From IMG/VR virus record IMGVR_UViG_3300034122_002094: a stretch of DNA of 64,000 bases, one strand, 5' to 3'. The stretch comes from a virus. The notes under the pieces were generated by a model, which worked only from the letters and a program-made list of their open reading frames with translations, did no database searches and was not told the DNA's origin. Numbering within the stretch: the stretch's first letter is position 1; the number at the start of each line of letters is the position of its first letter. The position numbers were made by a program, and so were the translations under genes. This document shows positions 9,928 through 19,490 of this stretch, piece after piece.

Positions 9928-10596
9928 TCACTTCTTCCAGCGAGCGCAGAACAGGAACTCATTGCCCTTTCCGCGCGAAGGATCGCTCTTCTTGTTGATG
10001 AAGACTCGTGTTGGAGCTGGATACCTGCCGACGTTGAAGCCGATCGTGAACACGATGTCATCTGTGACATGCACAGTCACCTCGACGTGACCTGTGCCGG
10101 GAGTGGATGTCTCTCGGTTCCAGATCAGCAGGTCATCAGGCTTCGCGTGCTGGATGCTGTGTTGCCCAGCACCCTTTGCTGCGACCGCTCTGCCCAGGCG
10201 CTGCGCTCCCAGGAGATAGGGCGTGCCCTCTCCTGGGTAACCCTCTCTCAGGCAGTAAGAAGCTCCACCGGCGCAGAAGGCACCTGCGTTCTTTGTTGGC
10301 AGCTTCTTCATCCTGAAGTATTTCTGAACGAATGGACCCATATTGGATCCACCCACCTCCTGGCTCATCGCGACGAGCTCATTGAGCGCGATCTTTGCGG
10401 CGGGCGTTGTGATGAGGTCGATGTCGAGGAACTTGCCGCCGAGCGTCTTTGGCCCGAGCTTGCCGTCCACCGACAGTCGTGTCAAGTCGCTGGTGAAGCC
10501 CAGGCGCTGGATCACGTTGGTCTTGTGGCTGTCGCTCAAGCCCTTGAAGTCATCTCGGAGCATGAGCTTTGCCATGATCTGCTGATAGCTGAGCAT
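9928..10596 (-). CDS. Putative endolysin: peptidoglycan-binding motif plus CHAP-like Cys/His domain
   Basis: LSVDGKLGPKT (PG_binding_1-like), AFCAGG (Cys), PDDLLIW and GHVEV (His). Confidence 0.7.
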   Translation of the reverse strand: MLSYQQIMAKLMLRDDFKGLSDSHKTNVIQRLGFTSDLTRLSVDGKLGPKTLGGKFLDIDLITTPAAKIALNELVAMSQEVGGSNMGPFVQKYFRMKKLPTKNAGAFCAGGASYCLREGYPGEGTPYLLGAQRLGRAVAAKGAGQHSIQHAKPDDLLIWNRETSTPGTGHVEVTVHVTDDIVFTIGFNVGRYPAPTRVFINKKSDPSRGKGNEFLFCARWKK

Positions 10597-10605
10597 TCTC
10601 TATCC

Positions 10606-11718
10606 TTACGCTGCGACAACGTCTGCTGTCGGGTTGGTCTCAAGGACATCGGTGCCCTCGGTGTTGGTCGCTGTGACGACGCAGCTCAGGGCCTTGCCGA
10701 TGTCAGCCAAACGAGCTGTGAAGGTGCGGCTGGTTGCGCCGCCAATGGCGACTCCATCTGTCTCCCACTGGTAGCTGATGGTTGGCGCTGGGTAGCCGAT
10801 CGCGTCGATCCCCTCTACACGCAGAACCTCACCCACGACTGGAGCGTCAGGCAGCGACCCACCTTCGAGGAACGGTGTCATCAGGAACTCGGGGACCTCG
10901 TCGACAGGTGTGACTGTGGCGAACGTCTCTGCTCGGTTGGTCAGCTTCAGGCGGTTGACCAGACACGAGAGCTGGTCATCGCTGACAGCAACATCGTAGA
11001 TCGCGAACATGGCCAGCTTGCCCTCGAACACGCTGTCGACCGAAGACGAACCTTGACGACCACCGATGAGACCCTGGAAGATGTTGAGCGGCACCTCGCC
11101 CTCAAAAACCTTCGTGCCCACGACATCGCCGTTGACGATCAGCTCGATACGGTCGTCGCTCTTCTTGATGCAGATGTAGACGTTCTCTCCGACGTCAAGC
11201 ACGTTGGACACGAACTGCTCAGCGCCCAGGTCGCTGCCCTTGAAGCGTACTCGGACCTGTGCCGTCTCCGTGATGTCCACGCGCACACCACCAGTGTTCG
11301 CGTCATTGAAGTCGAGCAGCGACGTCTCATTGCTCTGGTTCTCCAGCGCGACTGTCGCGAGGAAGACTGTCCACTCAGATCCGCCGAAGACATCATCCAT
11401 TCGGTCAGCAGCGTCGCCCTCCAAGGTCAGGAGACGAGCAGGGATCTCATCCTCCAGGATCGCTGGAGCGCACAGGAGATGGCCTCCAAGCAGTCCAACC
11501 TCAACGCCAGGCATCTCGGCACCCGAAGGCGCTTCAAAGGCCAGGCCCTCAGGGAACGTAGCGAAGACATCGCCATCGACCTGATCCTGAAGGATCGGTC
11601 GGTACATGGTGTTGTCGAAGTACATGACCAGCGATGGATCATTGACGATGAGAGCGACCGATGGCTTCTTGGTGTAGAGGCGGCTCTTTTGCTTGATCAG
11701 AAACGATGTGATTTCCAT
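10606..11718 (-). CDS. Virion protein with LamG-like and Ig-like domains
   Basis: LamG-like IELIVNG...FEGKLAMFAIYDVAVSDDQL, then Ig-like YQWETDGVAIGGATSRTF...LSCVVTATN. Confidence 0.7.
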   Translation of the reverse strand: MEITSFLIKQKSRLYTKKPSVALIVNDPSLVMYFDNTMYRPILQDQVDGDVFATFPEGLAFEAPSGAEMPGVEVGLLGGHLLCAPAILEDEIPARLLTLEGDAADRMDDVFGGSEWTVFLATVALENQSNETSLLDFNDANTGGVRVDITETAQVRVRFKGSDLGAEQFVSNVLDVGENVYICIKKSDDRIELIVNGDVVGTKVFEGEVPLNIFQGLIGGRQGSSSVDSVFEGKLAMFAIYDVAVSDDQLSCLVNRLKLTNRAETFATVTPVDEVPEFLMTPFLEGGSLPDAPVVGEVLRVEGIDAIGYPAPTISYQWETDGVAIGGATSRTFTARLADIGKALSCVVTATNTEGTDVLETNPTADVVAA

Positions 11719-11729
11719 TCTTCAGTTCC

Positions 11730-12626
11730 TTATATTGTTGGTGAAGGTACGCCCTTCTCCCATGCGACGACGTTCTTGGATGTTGATGGCTCATACGTCG
11801 AGTCTGTGACGTGCAGCCAAGCCTCTTGCTCAGTGGGATGCTGGATCACCACCGTGTTTGCTCTGGCAACGCCTGCCCTGCCGACATAACGGAGGTTGCC
11901 GATCTCAGAGAAGTTTGTGCTTGCGTCGTGATATACGCCGATCTTGATCGGGATGACGAGCTCAAGCGACGGATTCGGTGTGCGTGGAATGGGGTTGTTG
12001 CCTGGGCTTGTCACGAGAGCATACACTGCCCTCGAACCTCCGTTTGAGCGCAGGCGACTCGCAGCGGTTGTGCCGCCGATAAAGCCCTGCGCCACCAATT
12101 GGTGGTTCAGCGCGCCAACCAGACATCCAACACCATTGAAGGCCAGCGGCTCTGAGCGGTAGATCTCTCGGTCAGGGTTCGCTACTCGGCCAGCGTGAAT
12201 GATCTGTGCCACGGTCGACATCGTGTTCCCGTAGAACAGCGGCAGCATCGCGTCAGCCATCTCACTGAGGCCGATCGCTGCTGTGGCGATATTTGTCTGG
12301 GGCATTGTGACCTCGGACAAAACCAACGCAGAGCCACCTGATGGCGGTGTGGTCGCGTTGCCCGCTGTCGTGAAGCTGTTCAGTGGATCGACCTGGACTC
12401 TGATGTCAGAGGTGCCGTTGCGGCGGATCGAGACGCCGATGTTGTAGCCAGGCAACGCGACCTTCGGCTCGATGATGAACCCGTTGACGCCGCTTGTTGT
12501 GCCAGCCTTGACACGCCAGAGGCCTGGCGCTGCATCAAAGTGTGTCCAAAGAGCAAACATCAGCTCTGTCACAGACGTGTTGACCGCCGCCAGCGTGTAG
12601 CTCTTCACATTAGAATAATCACTCAT
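11730..12626 (-). CDS. Putative virion/tail protein
   Basis: G/T/S-rich, beta-type composition, located in the tail-fibre cluster. Confidence 0.55.
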   Translation of the reverse strand: MSDYSNVKSYTLAAVNTSVTELMFALWTHFDAAPGLWRVKAGTTSGVNGFIIEPKVALPGYNIGVSIRRNGTSDIRVQVDPLNSFTTAGNATTPPSGGSALVLSEVTMPQTNIATAAIGLSEMADAMLPLFYGNTMSTVAQIIHAGRVANPDREIYRSEPLAFNGVGCLVGALNHQLVAQGFIGGTTAASRLRSNGGSRAVYALVTSPGNNPIPRTPNPSLELVIPIKIGVYHDASTNFSEIGNLRYVGRAGVARANTVVIQHPTEQEAWLHVTDSTYEPSTSKNVVAWEKGVPSPTI

Positions 12627-12814
12627 GGCGCTTCCTCGAAGCCGACGACACTGTCAGGCGCTGTGTGTTCAGGGATGTCTGTCAGCTCAGGTGCAGACAC
12701 GAATGTTGCAATCTGTGCCGACATATAGTTTGAGTCTGGCAGTGCATTGGAACACGAGCCTGTGTCTTCGCAGATGGCTCCTCGTGTTCCAATGATAGGG
12801 ATGATGCGTCTCAC
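12623..12814 (-). CDS. Small hypothetical protein
   Basis: GTG start overlapping the upstream stop; fills the gap exactly. Confidence 0.5.
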   Translation of the reverse strand: MRRIIPIIGTRGAICEDTGSCSNALPDSNYMSAQIATFVSAPELTDIPEHTAPDSVVGFEEAP

Positions 12815-13185
12815 TTCGCCACTCCCTTGACTCGGGCGGTCGTGCTGCCAGCCGTCGACTTCTTGATGCCCAGACGAACGACGGAGCCCCACATCACATC
12901 GCCACGGCTCCAGTTCAGCTCCGGGACTGCTGGAACAGCCAGAGACTCTTCGACAGGGGACCAGGGGCCATCCATGTCGACTGCCTCATGCACGACGACG
13001 TCGAGCGTGTCTGCGCAGTCGTCGATGGTGAGCAGATAGCCGTATTCGCCACCGGAGTTGCCCTCGGTCATGCCGAGATAAAAGTAGACATACTCTGCGT
13101 CTGTGATCGTGACTGGCGTATTGGAATTGATCAGGTTTACCCTGCTCGATACGCGCTGGCCGACAGACTGTCTTCCACTGGTCAT
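12811..13185 (-). CDS. Hypothetical (probable virion) protein
   Basis: 124-aa ORF with overlapping start/stop codons on both sides. Confidence 0.6.
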   Translation of the reverse strand: MTSGRQSVGQRVSSRVNLINSNTPVTITDAEYVYFYLGMTEGNSGGEYGYLLTIDDCADTLDVVVHEAVDMDGPWSPVEESLAVPAVPELNWSRGDVMWGSVVRLGIKKSTAGSTTARVKGVAK

Positions 13186-13466
13186 TTTTGCACCTTGTAT
13201 TTGAAGCGAAGCCAGCCCAGGAACAAGACTGACAGAAGGTAGAGGATGGAGAGAGCGGACCAGGGGTATCTTATATACCAGCGCTCATTTTTCAGAGAAG
13301 CCAGACAGTCTTTGAACAGGATCCAGTCTGCCTCTATTCTATCTGGCTCAGTGCCGCCGATCTCGTATCGATCGTCATGATCGTTGCAGGGTTTCTTGAA
13401 GAGCTGCTTTGGTCCATCAGGGACCAGCCAGCCCCATCCTTCAGGGCCGCATCCGTTGGTGCTCAT
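13182..13466 (-). CDS. Phospholipase A2-like small protein
   Basis: NGCG...F..PCNDHDDRY..G....R..AD..F pattern plus a C-terminal hydrophobic helix. Confidence 0.6.
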   Translation of the reverse strand: MSTNGCGPEGWGWLVPDGPKQLFKKPCNDHDDRYEIGGTEPDRIEADWILFKDCLASLKNERWYIRYPWSALSILYLLSVLFLGWLRFKYKVQK

Positions 13467-13966
13467 TTCGCTGCTCTCAGGCTCAAGTTGATGTCAATGA
13501 GCGACTGCTCGACGATCTCTGCTGGCAGCTCCAGTCGCTGAGCGAGCGCCATGAAGATAGGCATGAGGTTCTCATCTCCAGCTCCGGCTGGACGGCCAGA
13601 CTCGGGCTGAGACAGCAGCTCCTGCATCGCAGCATAGGCGACGTGGAGGCGGCCTTGCACCAGAGAGCTGCTTACCTCTCGCAAGTAACGATCCAGAGCC
13701 AGCGCTGCTGCCGGGTGGGCGTTGATGCCACCCTCCATCGCGGCGGCCTCAAACGCTCTCACGATGGCTGAGCCCCATGCCTGCGCAGCTGCGATCTCAT
13801 CGGTGCCGTCGATGATGCCGAGATGGGCGTTGAGGGCGGCCTGCCCCTGCTGGATAGCGGATGCCTCGTCAGCAGCTGTGCCTCGGGCCACCTCTGTCCA
13901 CTCAAAACCGTCGCTCACCTCGGCGATCCAGTAAGGATCGCTCCATTGGATCTGTGTCTGCATCAC
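13463..13966 (-). CDS. Hypothetical protein (possible tail-fibre chaperone)
   Basis: 167-aa ORF directly downstream of the fibre-like genes. Confidence 0.5.
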   Translation of the reverse strand: MMQTQIQWSDPYWIAEVSDGFEWTEVARGTAADEASAIQQGQAALNAHLGIIDGTDEIAAAQAWGSAIVRAFEAAAMEGGINAHPAAALALDRYLREVSSSLVQGRLHVAYAAMQELLSQPESGRPAGAGDENLMPIFMALAQRLELPAEIVEQSLIDINLSLRAAK

Positions 13967-15135
13967 GCCTTCTCCTCAAGAGCGAGCTGATATGTGATCG
14001 CAGCAGCGGTGGTCGCCGAAGCGAGCATGACCGGGAGCGCGCAAACTCCGTCGTACAGTCTTGTGTTGACAGGCAGGGCCGTGAGTGCTCCACCTGTTCC
14101 TGCAACCTGCACGCCCTGCATCGCCAGAATACGATACATGACGAGGCTGATGGCGCCAGCAGCGAGCGTCGTGCCAAGCGTGATAGACTGGACAGAGCGG
14201 ACACCTTTGTCGCCAGCCTGGAGGTTGATCGGGACGATCGTTCCGAGCACGGCGGTGGCTGGGAAGCTCGGAATGTTCCCAGTGCGACCAGGTACGCCAT
14301 CGCTGTTCGTGTACGACACCGTGATTGTCGTGACTGCCGAAGCGTTTGTTGTCGCTGTCGTGACCAGCAGCGCCATATTGACGCCGACACCATCTGTCGT
14401 GCCAAAGAAGTCACGAGCTGGCAATGTCACAGTGTTTAGCGTCTGCGCTGTCGTCGTGGTGACAACAATGCCTGTGTTAACAAGCATATAGTCCCAGACA
14501 AAAGCCGTCGTTGCGACCGTGCTTGTCGCACCAAAGCCAGCGAGATACTTCGCGTTGCCAGGTGCCGCATTTGGAATGAAGATACATCCTGCGTCAGCCG
14601 CCAGCGTACCGTTAGTTGCGCGCCCAGAGAGACCGGGAGTACCTGGGGACCATGCGCCTGGAGCGCCGCCATCTTTGCTGAAGGAGTAGAACTGGCCAGC
14701 GGCCTCGGGAGCTGTGCCTGTCTTGTAGACAAAGGCTACCTCGGTAGCCACAACAGTCGTGCCCTGTGTTGCTCTGACAGTCCCTTGAGCTGTGATGACC
14801 TGCCAGGCATTTGTGGAGTCTCGATAGACAAGCTGCTCATCTGCCTTCAGAGTGATCTGAGGCGAGCGGGCGAACGAGGTTGTGCCATCGTGCTGATCGA
14901 TGCGCACCGTGATCGGAGCCACGCCTTCGTTCTGGACGCTGATCTGACGGATCTGTCGCTGGGTGGAGGCGGCTGGACCTGCGCAGATTGTACGCGAGCC
15001 TGCTGTCGTCTCGACGCCAAGTGCGCGATCGTCTGTTGCGCCAGATGTCGTGTGGTCTGTGAAGTCAACGGCATAGACCACGGATGGAGCTGTGCCAAGG
15101 AAGGCTCTCAGAGAGTCACCATTCTTGAGGATCAT
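13963..15135 (-). CDS. Virion structural/tail-associated protein
   Basis: T/A/G-rich 390-aa ORF coupled to the tail fibre gene. Confidence 0.65.
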   Translation of the reverse strand: MILKNGDSLRAFLGTAPSVVYAVDFTDHTTSGATDDRALGVETTAGSRTICAGPAASTQRQIRQISVQNEGVAPITVRIDQHDGTTSFARSPQITLKADEQLVYRDSTNAWQVITAQGTVRATQGTTVVATEVAFVYKTGTAPEAAGQFYSFSKDGGAPGAWSPGTPGLSGRATNGTLAADAGCIFIPNAAPGNAKYLAGFGATSTVATTAFVWDYMLVNTGIVVTTTTAQTLNTVTLPARDFFGTTDGVGVNMALLVTTATTNASAVTTITVSYTNSDGVPGRTGNIPSFPATAVLGTIVPINLQAGDKGVRSVQSITLGTTLAAGAISLVMYRILAMQGVQVAGTGGALTALPVNTRLYDGVCALPVMLASATTAAAITYQLALEEKA

Positions 15136-16736
15136 GAACGCCTCACTGCGCTTAGTGCTTGTCTATATGTTAGGCCACTACCACCGCCCGAAGGGGTCTC
15201 CCATGCGTAATCACCGCTGTTTGCAGTGAGCACCTTGCCATCATCGGCTGGGCTGGCAGGAGTGGGTACTGCGTTGATTGCTTGCCAGGAAGACGTTCCT
15301 CCAGAGGCCTGGAGGACCTTGAGGTCATCGGCTGGGTTCGCGGGAGTCGGGACCTGGTTGATCGTCTGCCAAGCTGCTGCGCCAGCATTGGCTCTCAGGA
15401 ACTTGTTGTTGTCGGCGGGATTCGATGGGACTGGCATCTGGCTGATAGTCTGCCAGGAAGACGTGCCGCCAGACGCTTGCAGCACCTTGCTGTTGTCCGC
15501 CGGATTCGCTGCGACGGGGACTTCTCGAAGAGTCGCCCATGACGTCGCATAGTTCGTACCGCTTGTCTTGACGAGGGCCTGACCAGTCGTGCCACCGACA
15601 GGGAGATCATTCGGGATCGTTGTCCACGCGACAGCGTAGTTGGCACCGCTCGTCTTCAGCAGCGCTTGGCCTGTTGTGCCGCCCGTAGGCAGATCGTTTG
15701 GCACTGTGTACCATGTCACAGCGTAGTCGGTCGCGCTCGACTTGGCAAGGACCTGGTTCGTTGTGCCGCCAGCAGGCAGATCGTTTGGAACTGGCGACCA
15801 GTCGATGTCGCCAGGAGCCGCCGACTGCTGCGTCAGCACGAAGCCGCTGTTAGATGTTGTCGGCAGCGGCGAAGGCATATCAGCCCAGCTCACTGCGTAG
15901 TCAGTGGCGCTCGTCTTGACGAGGGCTTGACCAGTCGTGCCACCCACAGGGAGATCGTTGACCGGAGCCGTCCACTCTGGCAAACCAGCGACGATGGAGA
16001 GAATATCGCCATCCGTCGCTGTAAACAGCTCTGGTAGCTCTCTGACGGGCGCCCAGCCATGATCATAAGGGCCGCTGCCTGTCTGACGGTAGACATAGTC
16101 CACAGCCGATCCTGGTGGCACAAGACCGGTAGACTTCCAGATCATATCTCCGTCGATGCCGTCGCGCGCCAGATAATCGCCGTCCGTGCCACCATCAGGG
16201 ACTCCTACGATCGTCTGCCATGTCAGATCGACGTTGTCGTCGCTCGCCTTTGCGAGTACCTGGCCTGTGGTGCCGCCATCAGGGACCTCTGCGATGTCTC
16301 CAAACCCTGTGTCGAAGTCAGGTGTGCCGATCTTGCGCAGCACCTGACCAATCGAGCCACCTGTCGGCACTGTGCCAAGCGCGCTCCACTGAGGCGAGCC
16401 CGAGGATGCAGACAGGATCTTGCCGTTGTCCGCCGGATTCGCTGCGACGGGGACCTCTCGCATCGTCAGCCAGCTTACGTCGCCGTCAGTCGAGCTGTTC
16501 TTGCCGAGCACTTGTCTTATTGTGCCGCCCGTTGGCAGATCTGATCCGCCACCGAATGGCACCGAGCTGCCCCAGTTGCCAGCCGTCTTAGGCCCGTACA
16601 GCTCGTTGTTCAGCGTATCAATAAAAAAGTCACCATCTCTACCCAGGGACGGTGATGGAACGCCTTCGCCATTTAGAACGCCGTTTCCTGGTGTGCCTAC
16701 ACCGACGAAAGCAAATGGATAACTTCTCGAAGTCAT
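15132..16736 (-). CDS. Repeat-rich tail fibre protein
   Basis: N-terminal GVPSPSLGRDGDFFID...LYGPK motif; repeats LPxGGTTGQALVKTSATDYAVSW and VPxxANPADNxKVLQASGGTSSWQ; AGGAGA SD before ATG 16736. Confidence 0.8.
   Translation of the reverse strand: MTSRSYPFAFVGVGTPGNGVLNGEGVPSPSLGRDGDFFIDTLNNELYGPKTAGNWGSSVPFGGGSDLPTGGTIRQVLGKNSSTDGDVSWLTMREVPVAANPADNGKILSASSGSPQWSALGTVPTGGSIGQVLRKIGTPDFDTGFGDIAEVPDGGTTGQVLAKASDDNVDLTWQTIVGVPDGGTDGDYLARDGIDGDMIWKSTGLVPPGSAVDYVYRQTGSGPYDHGWAPVRELPELFTATDGDILSIVAGLPEWTAPVNDLPVGGTTGQALVKTSATDYAVSWADMPSPLPTTSNSGFVLTQQSAAPGDIDWSPVPNDLPAGGTTNQVLAKSSATDYAVTWYTVPNDLPTGGTTGQALLKTSGANYAVAWTTIPNDLPVGGTTGQALVKTSGTNYATSWATLREVPVAANPADNSKVLQASGGTSSWQTISQMPVPSNPADNNKFLRANAGAAAWQTINQVPTPANPADDLKVLQASGGTSSWQAINAVPTPASPADDGKVLTANSGDYAWETPSGGGSGLTYRQALSAVRRS
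15492..16454. repeat. Intragenic direct repeats of the tail fibre gene
   Basis: Exact 30-bp copies at 15492-15521 and 16425-16454; 44-bp copies with 2 mismatches at 15565-15608 and 15913-15956. Confidence 0.85.
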
Positions 16737-16747
16737 GGGTCTTCTCC

Positions 16748-17038
16748 TCATATGAGGACCTCGTTGCCCTCCACAGATATAGCATGGGAGCGGGCGGTCG
16801 TCGTTTGCCGGATCAGGATAGCCAGGTCTTCTTCAGACAAATGGTTCCAGGTCGGATGTTGCTTTAGAAGCTCAACGAGAGCAGCCAATTCAATCCGACC
16901 ATCTGTTCCAAGCCCAAAGCAATATAATATAGAGAAGATTTCGTTGGCCATCTTCTCCACAACCACCTGCATGAACTGGCCTTTACGCACCCCTTGTTTG
17001 CGTTTGACGATGTAAGATTTTCCGAAGCGGTAGGTCAA
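16748..17038 (-). CDS. Hypothetical protein
   Basis: 96-aa ORF with TTG start that fills the gap in the operon. Confidence 0.5.
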   Translation of the reverse strand: MTYRFGKSYIVKRKQGVRKGQFMQVVVEKMANEIFSILYCFGLGTDGRIELAALVELLKQHPTWNHLSEEDLAILIRQTTTARSHAISVEGNEVLI

Positions 17039-17041
17039 AAT

Positions 17042-17566
17042 CTAAATCCTTAGCAGGTCCTCGGGGATGCTGTGGCCTTCTTCGATCATCTGCTCCAGCA
17101 GGCTGACAGCGAGCGCCATCGGCGTGAGGTTCATGATCTTTGGCTCCTGACCAGCTTCAAGAGTCTTCTTTTTGTAGTATTCTCTGGTCTGGTATGTCCC
17201 GCCCTTCTCCTTGCCATCGAAGATTGAGATCAGCACAACCCTGTCGGCGCCGAGCTCGGAGCCATAGGCAAGATCAACCATCAGCTTGTTGCGGATGAGA
17301 GGGGCGACCCAGGGCTTGGCGGAGCCCGAGTAGTCAGGGAGGTGGCGCTGGACGAGGTGCTTGTATCGTGATTGAAGAGCCCACCTGTCAAACGCTGTAT
17401 CAGCTCCAACAGCCCCTCCGTGCTTGATAGAGATGATCTCACAACCAGCAGCCTCCATCTTCTCGAACATCAGGTCAAACTGGTGATTGAGCCACTCCTG
17501 TGCTCGGGGGCTCGTCAGCAAGAGCAGGCGGTGGCCCGTAAAGACCACCGCCACCTTCTTGCTCAT
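17042..17566 (-). CDS. SLOG superfamily (YspA/YpsA-like) protein
   Basis: Motifs VVFTGHR, HGGAVGAD, LIRNKLMVD and DGKEKGGT. Confidence 0.8.
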   Translation of the reverse strand: MSKKVAVVFTGHRLLLLTSPRAQEWLNHQFDLMFEKMEAAGCEIISIKHGGAVGADTAFDRWALQSRYKHLVQRHLPDYSGSAKPWVAPLIRNKLMVDLAYGSELGADRVVLISIFDGKEKGGTYQTREYYKKKTLEAGQEPKIMNLTPMALAVSLLEQMIEEGHSIPEDLLRI

Positions 17567-18873
17567 TGCTCATCCAGGGCGAACGGACCGTAGATCTCGT
17601 CGTCCTGCTTCGTGGAGAGGAAGAAGACGGCCTCTGCGCGCTGCTCACGCAGAAGGTTCATGGATGACCAGTCGTCAGCGCCACAGAAGGCTGGCAGCGT
17701 CACAGAGCGCCACTTGAAGCCGCTCTCGACCTTGAAGCTGTGGTAGTGCCCCTGCATGACAAGCTTGCGCTTGGTGGTCTTGCCGTGGACCTCGATGAGC
17801 CGCCTCGTGGCGTTCTCGTTGACGTTGCGGCTGCGATGGCCGTGCTGCATGAGGATCTCGGTATGCGGGAGCTCCAGAGACTGGATCGGCTCGCAAGCAG
17901 TGATGGTCCAGTCGCCCTGCTTGATCTGTCTGACCAGAGAGCCGATGTTGTCAGCCAGGAGCTGCATCATCATGTCTTCGGTGTTCTGATCCTTCTCCAT
18001 CGTCAAGCGATCATGATTGCCGCCCACCAGATAGATCGAGACGTTCTTGTACTGCTCAAACGAGCTGATAAACCACAGCAGCAGATCGCGGGTGTTCTTG
18101 TACTGCTCGAAGCCTGACGACTCCAGACCGATGCCCTGTCCTGCGCGCATGTTACCGAGCAGAGACTCGAACACGTCGCCGAGGACAGCGATGACCACAG
18201 GGGTCTCATAGCTGAAGTTGCCCTGATAGCGCTTGCGATCGATGATCGTCATGAGGCGCTGGAGCCGGGGGACCGCATACTCGATACCGTATTGCAGCGA
18301 CTTCTTCTTGTACTGGCTCTTCTTGCCGACGTGGATGTCGCTGATTGGGACGATGAGGACGGGGCTGCCAGAGTCGATGACAGGCTTGGCGATCTTGAGA
18401 TCGCGCGGGGCGATCGCCAGATGCTGGTGCGCGAGCTTCTGCTTGACCATCCAGTCGGAGGTGACATTCTCGATCGTCGTGATGTCTTTAGCTGCTCGGC
18501 GCAGCTCACGCTTGACAGCGTACTCCTCCAGATGCTCTCGCACCATGTCTTCGAGCTCGTCGGTGATGACGAGTCCCTGGCGGGCAGCGAGGCTCTTCTG
18601 ATTCGGCTTGCTCATCCCGAGGCCGTCATCTGCTTTGGGGCGAGTAGCTACCGCCAGCTCAGCAGCAGGACGGACCAGGTTCTGGAGGGTATAGTCCTTC
18701 GGCTTCATCTTGCCTGCGCGACGGAAGGCCTCTCGCAGCTTCTCGAAGGTGATCCGGCTGTCGACCTCCTTGGTGATCTGGTCGAGCGCGCTCGGATAAT
18801 GAGAATGCTTTCTCAGGATGGCGATACAGGGCTCGATGCAGTTTTCCCAGTCGATCTGTGAGGATGCTGTCAT
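17563..18873 (-). CDS. Calcineurin-like metallophosphoesterase with N-terminal helical extension
   Basis: Motifs SDIHVG, LGDVFE, GGNHDR, QHGH and GHYH. ATG 18873 overlaps the upstream stop (GTG 18906 is an alternative start). Confidence 0.85.
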   Translation of the reverse strand: MTASSQIDWENCIEPCIAILRKHSHYPSALDQITKEVDSRITFEKLREAFRRAGKMKPKDYTLQNLVRPAAELAVATRPKADDGLGMSKPNQKSLAARQGLVITDELEDMVREHLEEYAVKRELRRAAKDITTIENVTSDWMVKQKLAHQHLAIAPRDLKIAKPVIDSGSPVLIVPISDIHVGKKSQYKKKSLQYGIEYAVPRLQRLMTIIDRKRYQGNFSYETPVVIAVLGDVFESLLGNMRAGQGIGLESSGFEQYKNTRDLLLWFISSFEQYKNVSIYLVGGNHDRLTMEKDQNTEDMMMQLLADNIGSLVRQIKQGDWTITACEPIQSLELPHTEILMQHGHRSRNVNENATRRLIEVHGKTTKRKLVMQGHYHSFKVESGFKWRSVTLPAFCGADDWSSMNLLREQRAEAVFFLSTKQDDEIYGPFALDEQ

Positions 18874-19490
18874 GTCTTCTTGATCTCGATTCTTCGGGAG
18901 AGCCACTCAATACCTTCATCTCCGAAGGTATTGATATAAAAGATCTTTGCGAACTTCTCGTTCCGCTTTGGCAGTGCAAATGTTTCGGCGAGAGTCGCTG
19001 CGATCGTGGCCTCGGTGCTTGTGTGATAGGCGGTGTATGGCGCATATGCCATCAGGCGGCCTGTGATGCCCTCTGGAGGGCCGATGGTGACGATGCAGAT
19101 GGTGGAAGCTGGGTTTGCTGTCTCACGGCTCCTGAGCGTACTGTTGAGCCCCGAGACCGCCTTGACGATGACCGGGTTCTGGTACATCAGTCGAGAGTGC
19201 TCCACCACCTCGCTCTCAATTCTTCTTACTCTACCCAGCAACCTTTCGTCAAGCAATTTCCGACCAAAGATGTGCTCAAGCACTTTACCCAGGTCCCATT
19301 TTACGATCGACCGCTCAGCTATCGTATGCGGCAGCTCGTCGAGCATCGTCGTCTTGCCACACATGGTCGGGCCGATCAACAGCACGGTGTCGATCTCTGG
19401 CTGGATCAGGTATCGCGTAAGTAACTTGGAGAGCAAGCCTGGCTGGTAGTTATAGAGCCCGTCAGACGGGGCGAGAACATTGAAGGTCAT
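18870..19490 (-). CDS. P-loop kinase/NTPase
   Basis: Walker A LLIGPTMCGKTT; ATGA-coupled on both sides. Confidence 0.7.
   Translation of the reverse strand: MTFNVLAPSDGLYNYQPGLLSKLLTRYLIQPEIDTVLLIGPTMCGKTTMLDELPHTIAERSIVKWDLGKVLEHIFGRKLLDERLLGRVRRIESEVVEHSRLMYQNPVIVKAVSGLNSTLRSRETANPASTICIVTIGPPEGITGRLMAYAPYTAYHTSTEATIAATLAETFALPKRNEKFAKIFYINTFGDEGIEWLSRRIEIKKT

Noticed and set aside
9910-11889. 659-aa + strand ORF (also 20938..22767, 29596..31107, 34091..35245, 55164..56363 and 56904..58265)
   Set aside because: Antisense shadows of well-supported - strand genes. They are expected from codon bias in GC-rich DNA and carry no motifs.
15132-16736. Diversity-generating retroelement TR/VR pair
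   Set aside because: The repeats are in-frame protein repeats, the mismatches are too few to show an adenine-specific pattern, and no reverse transcriptase is in the window.
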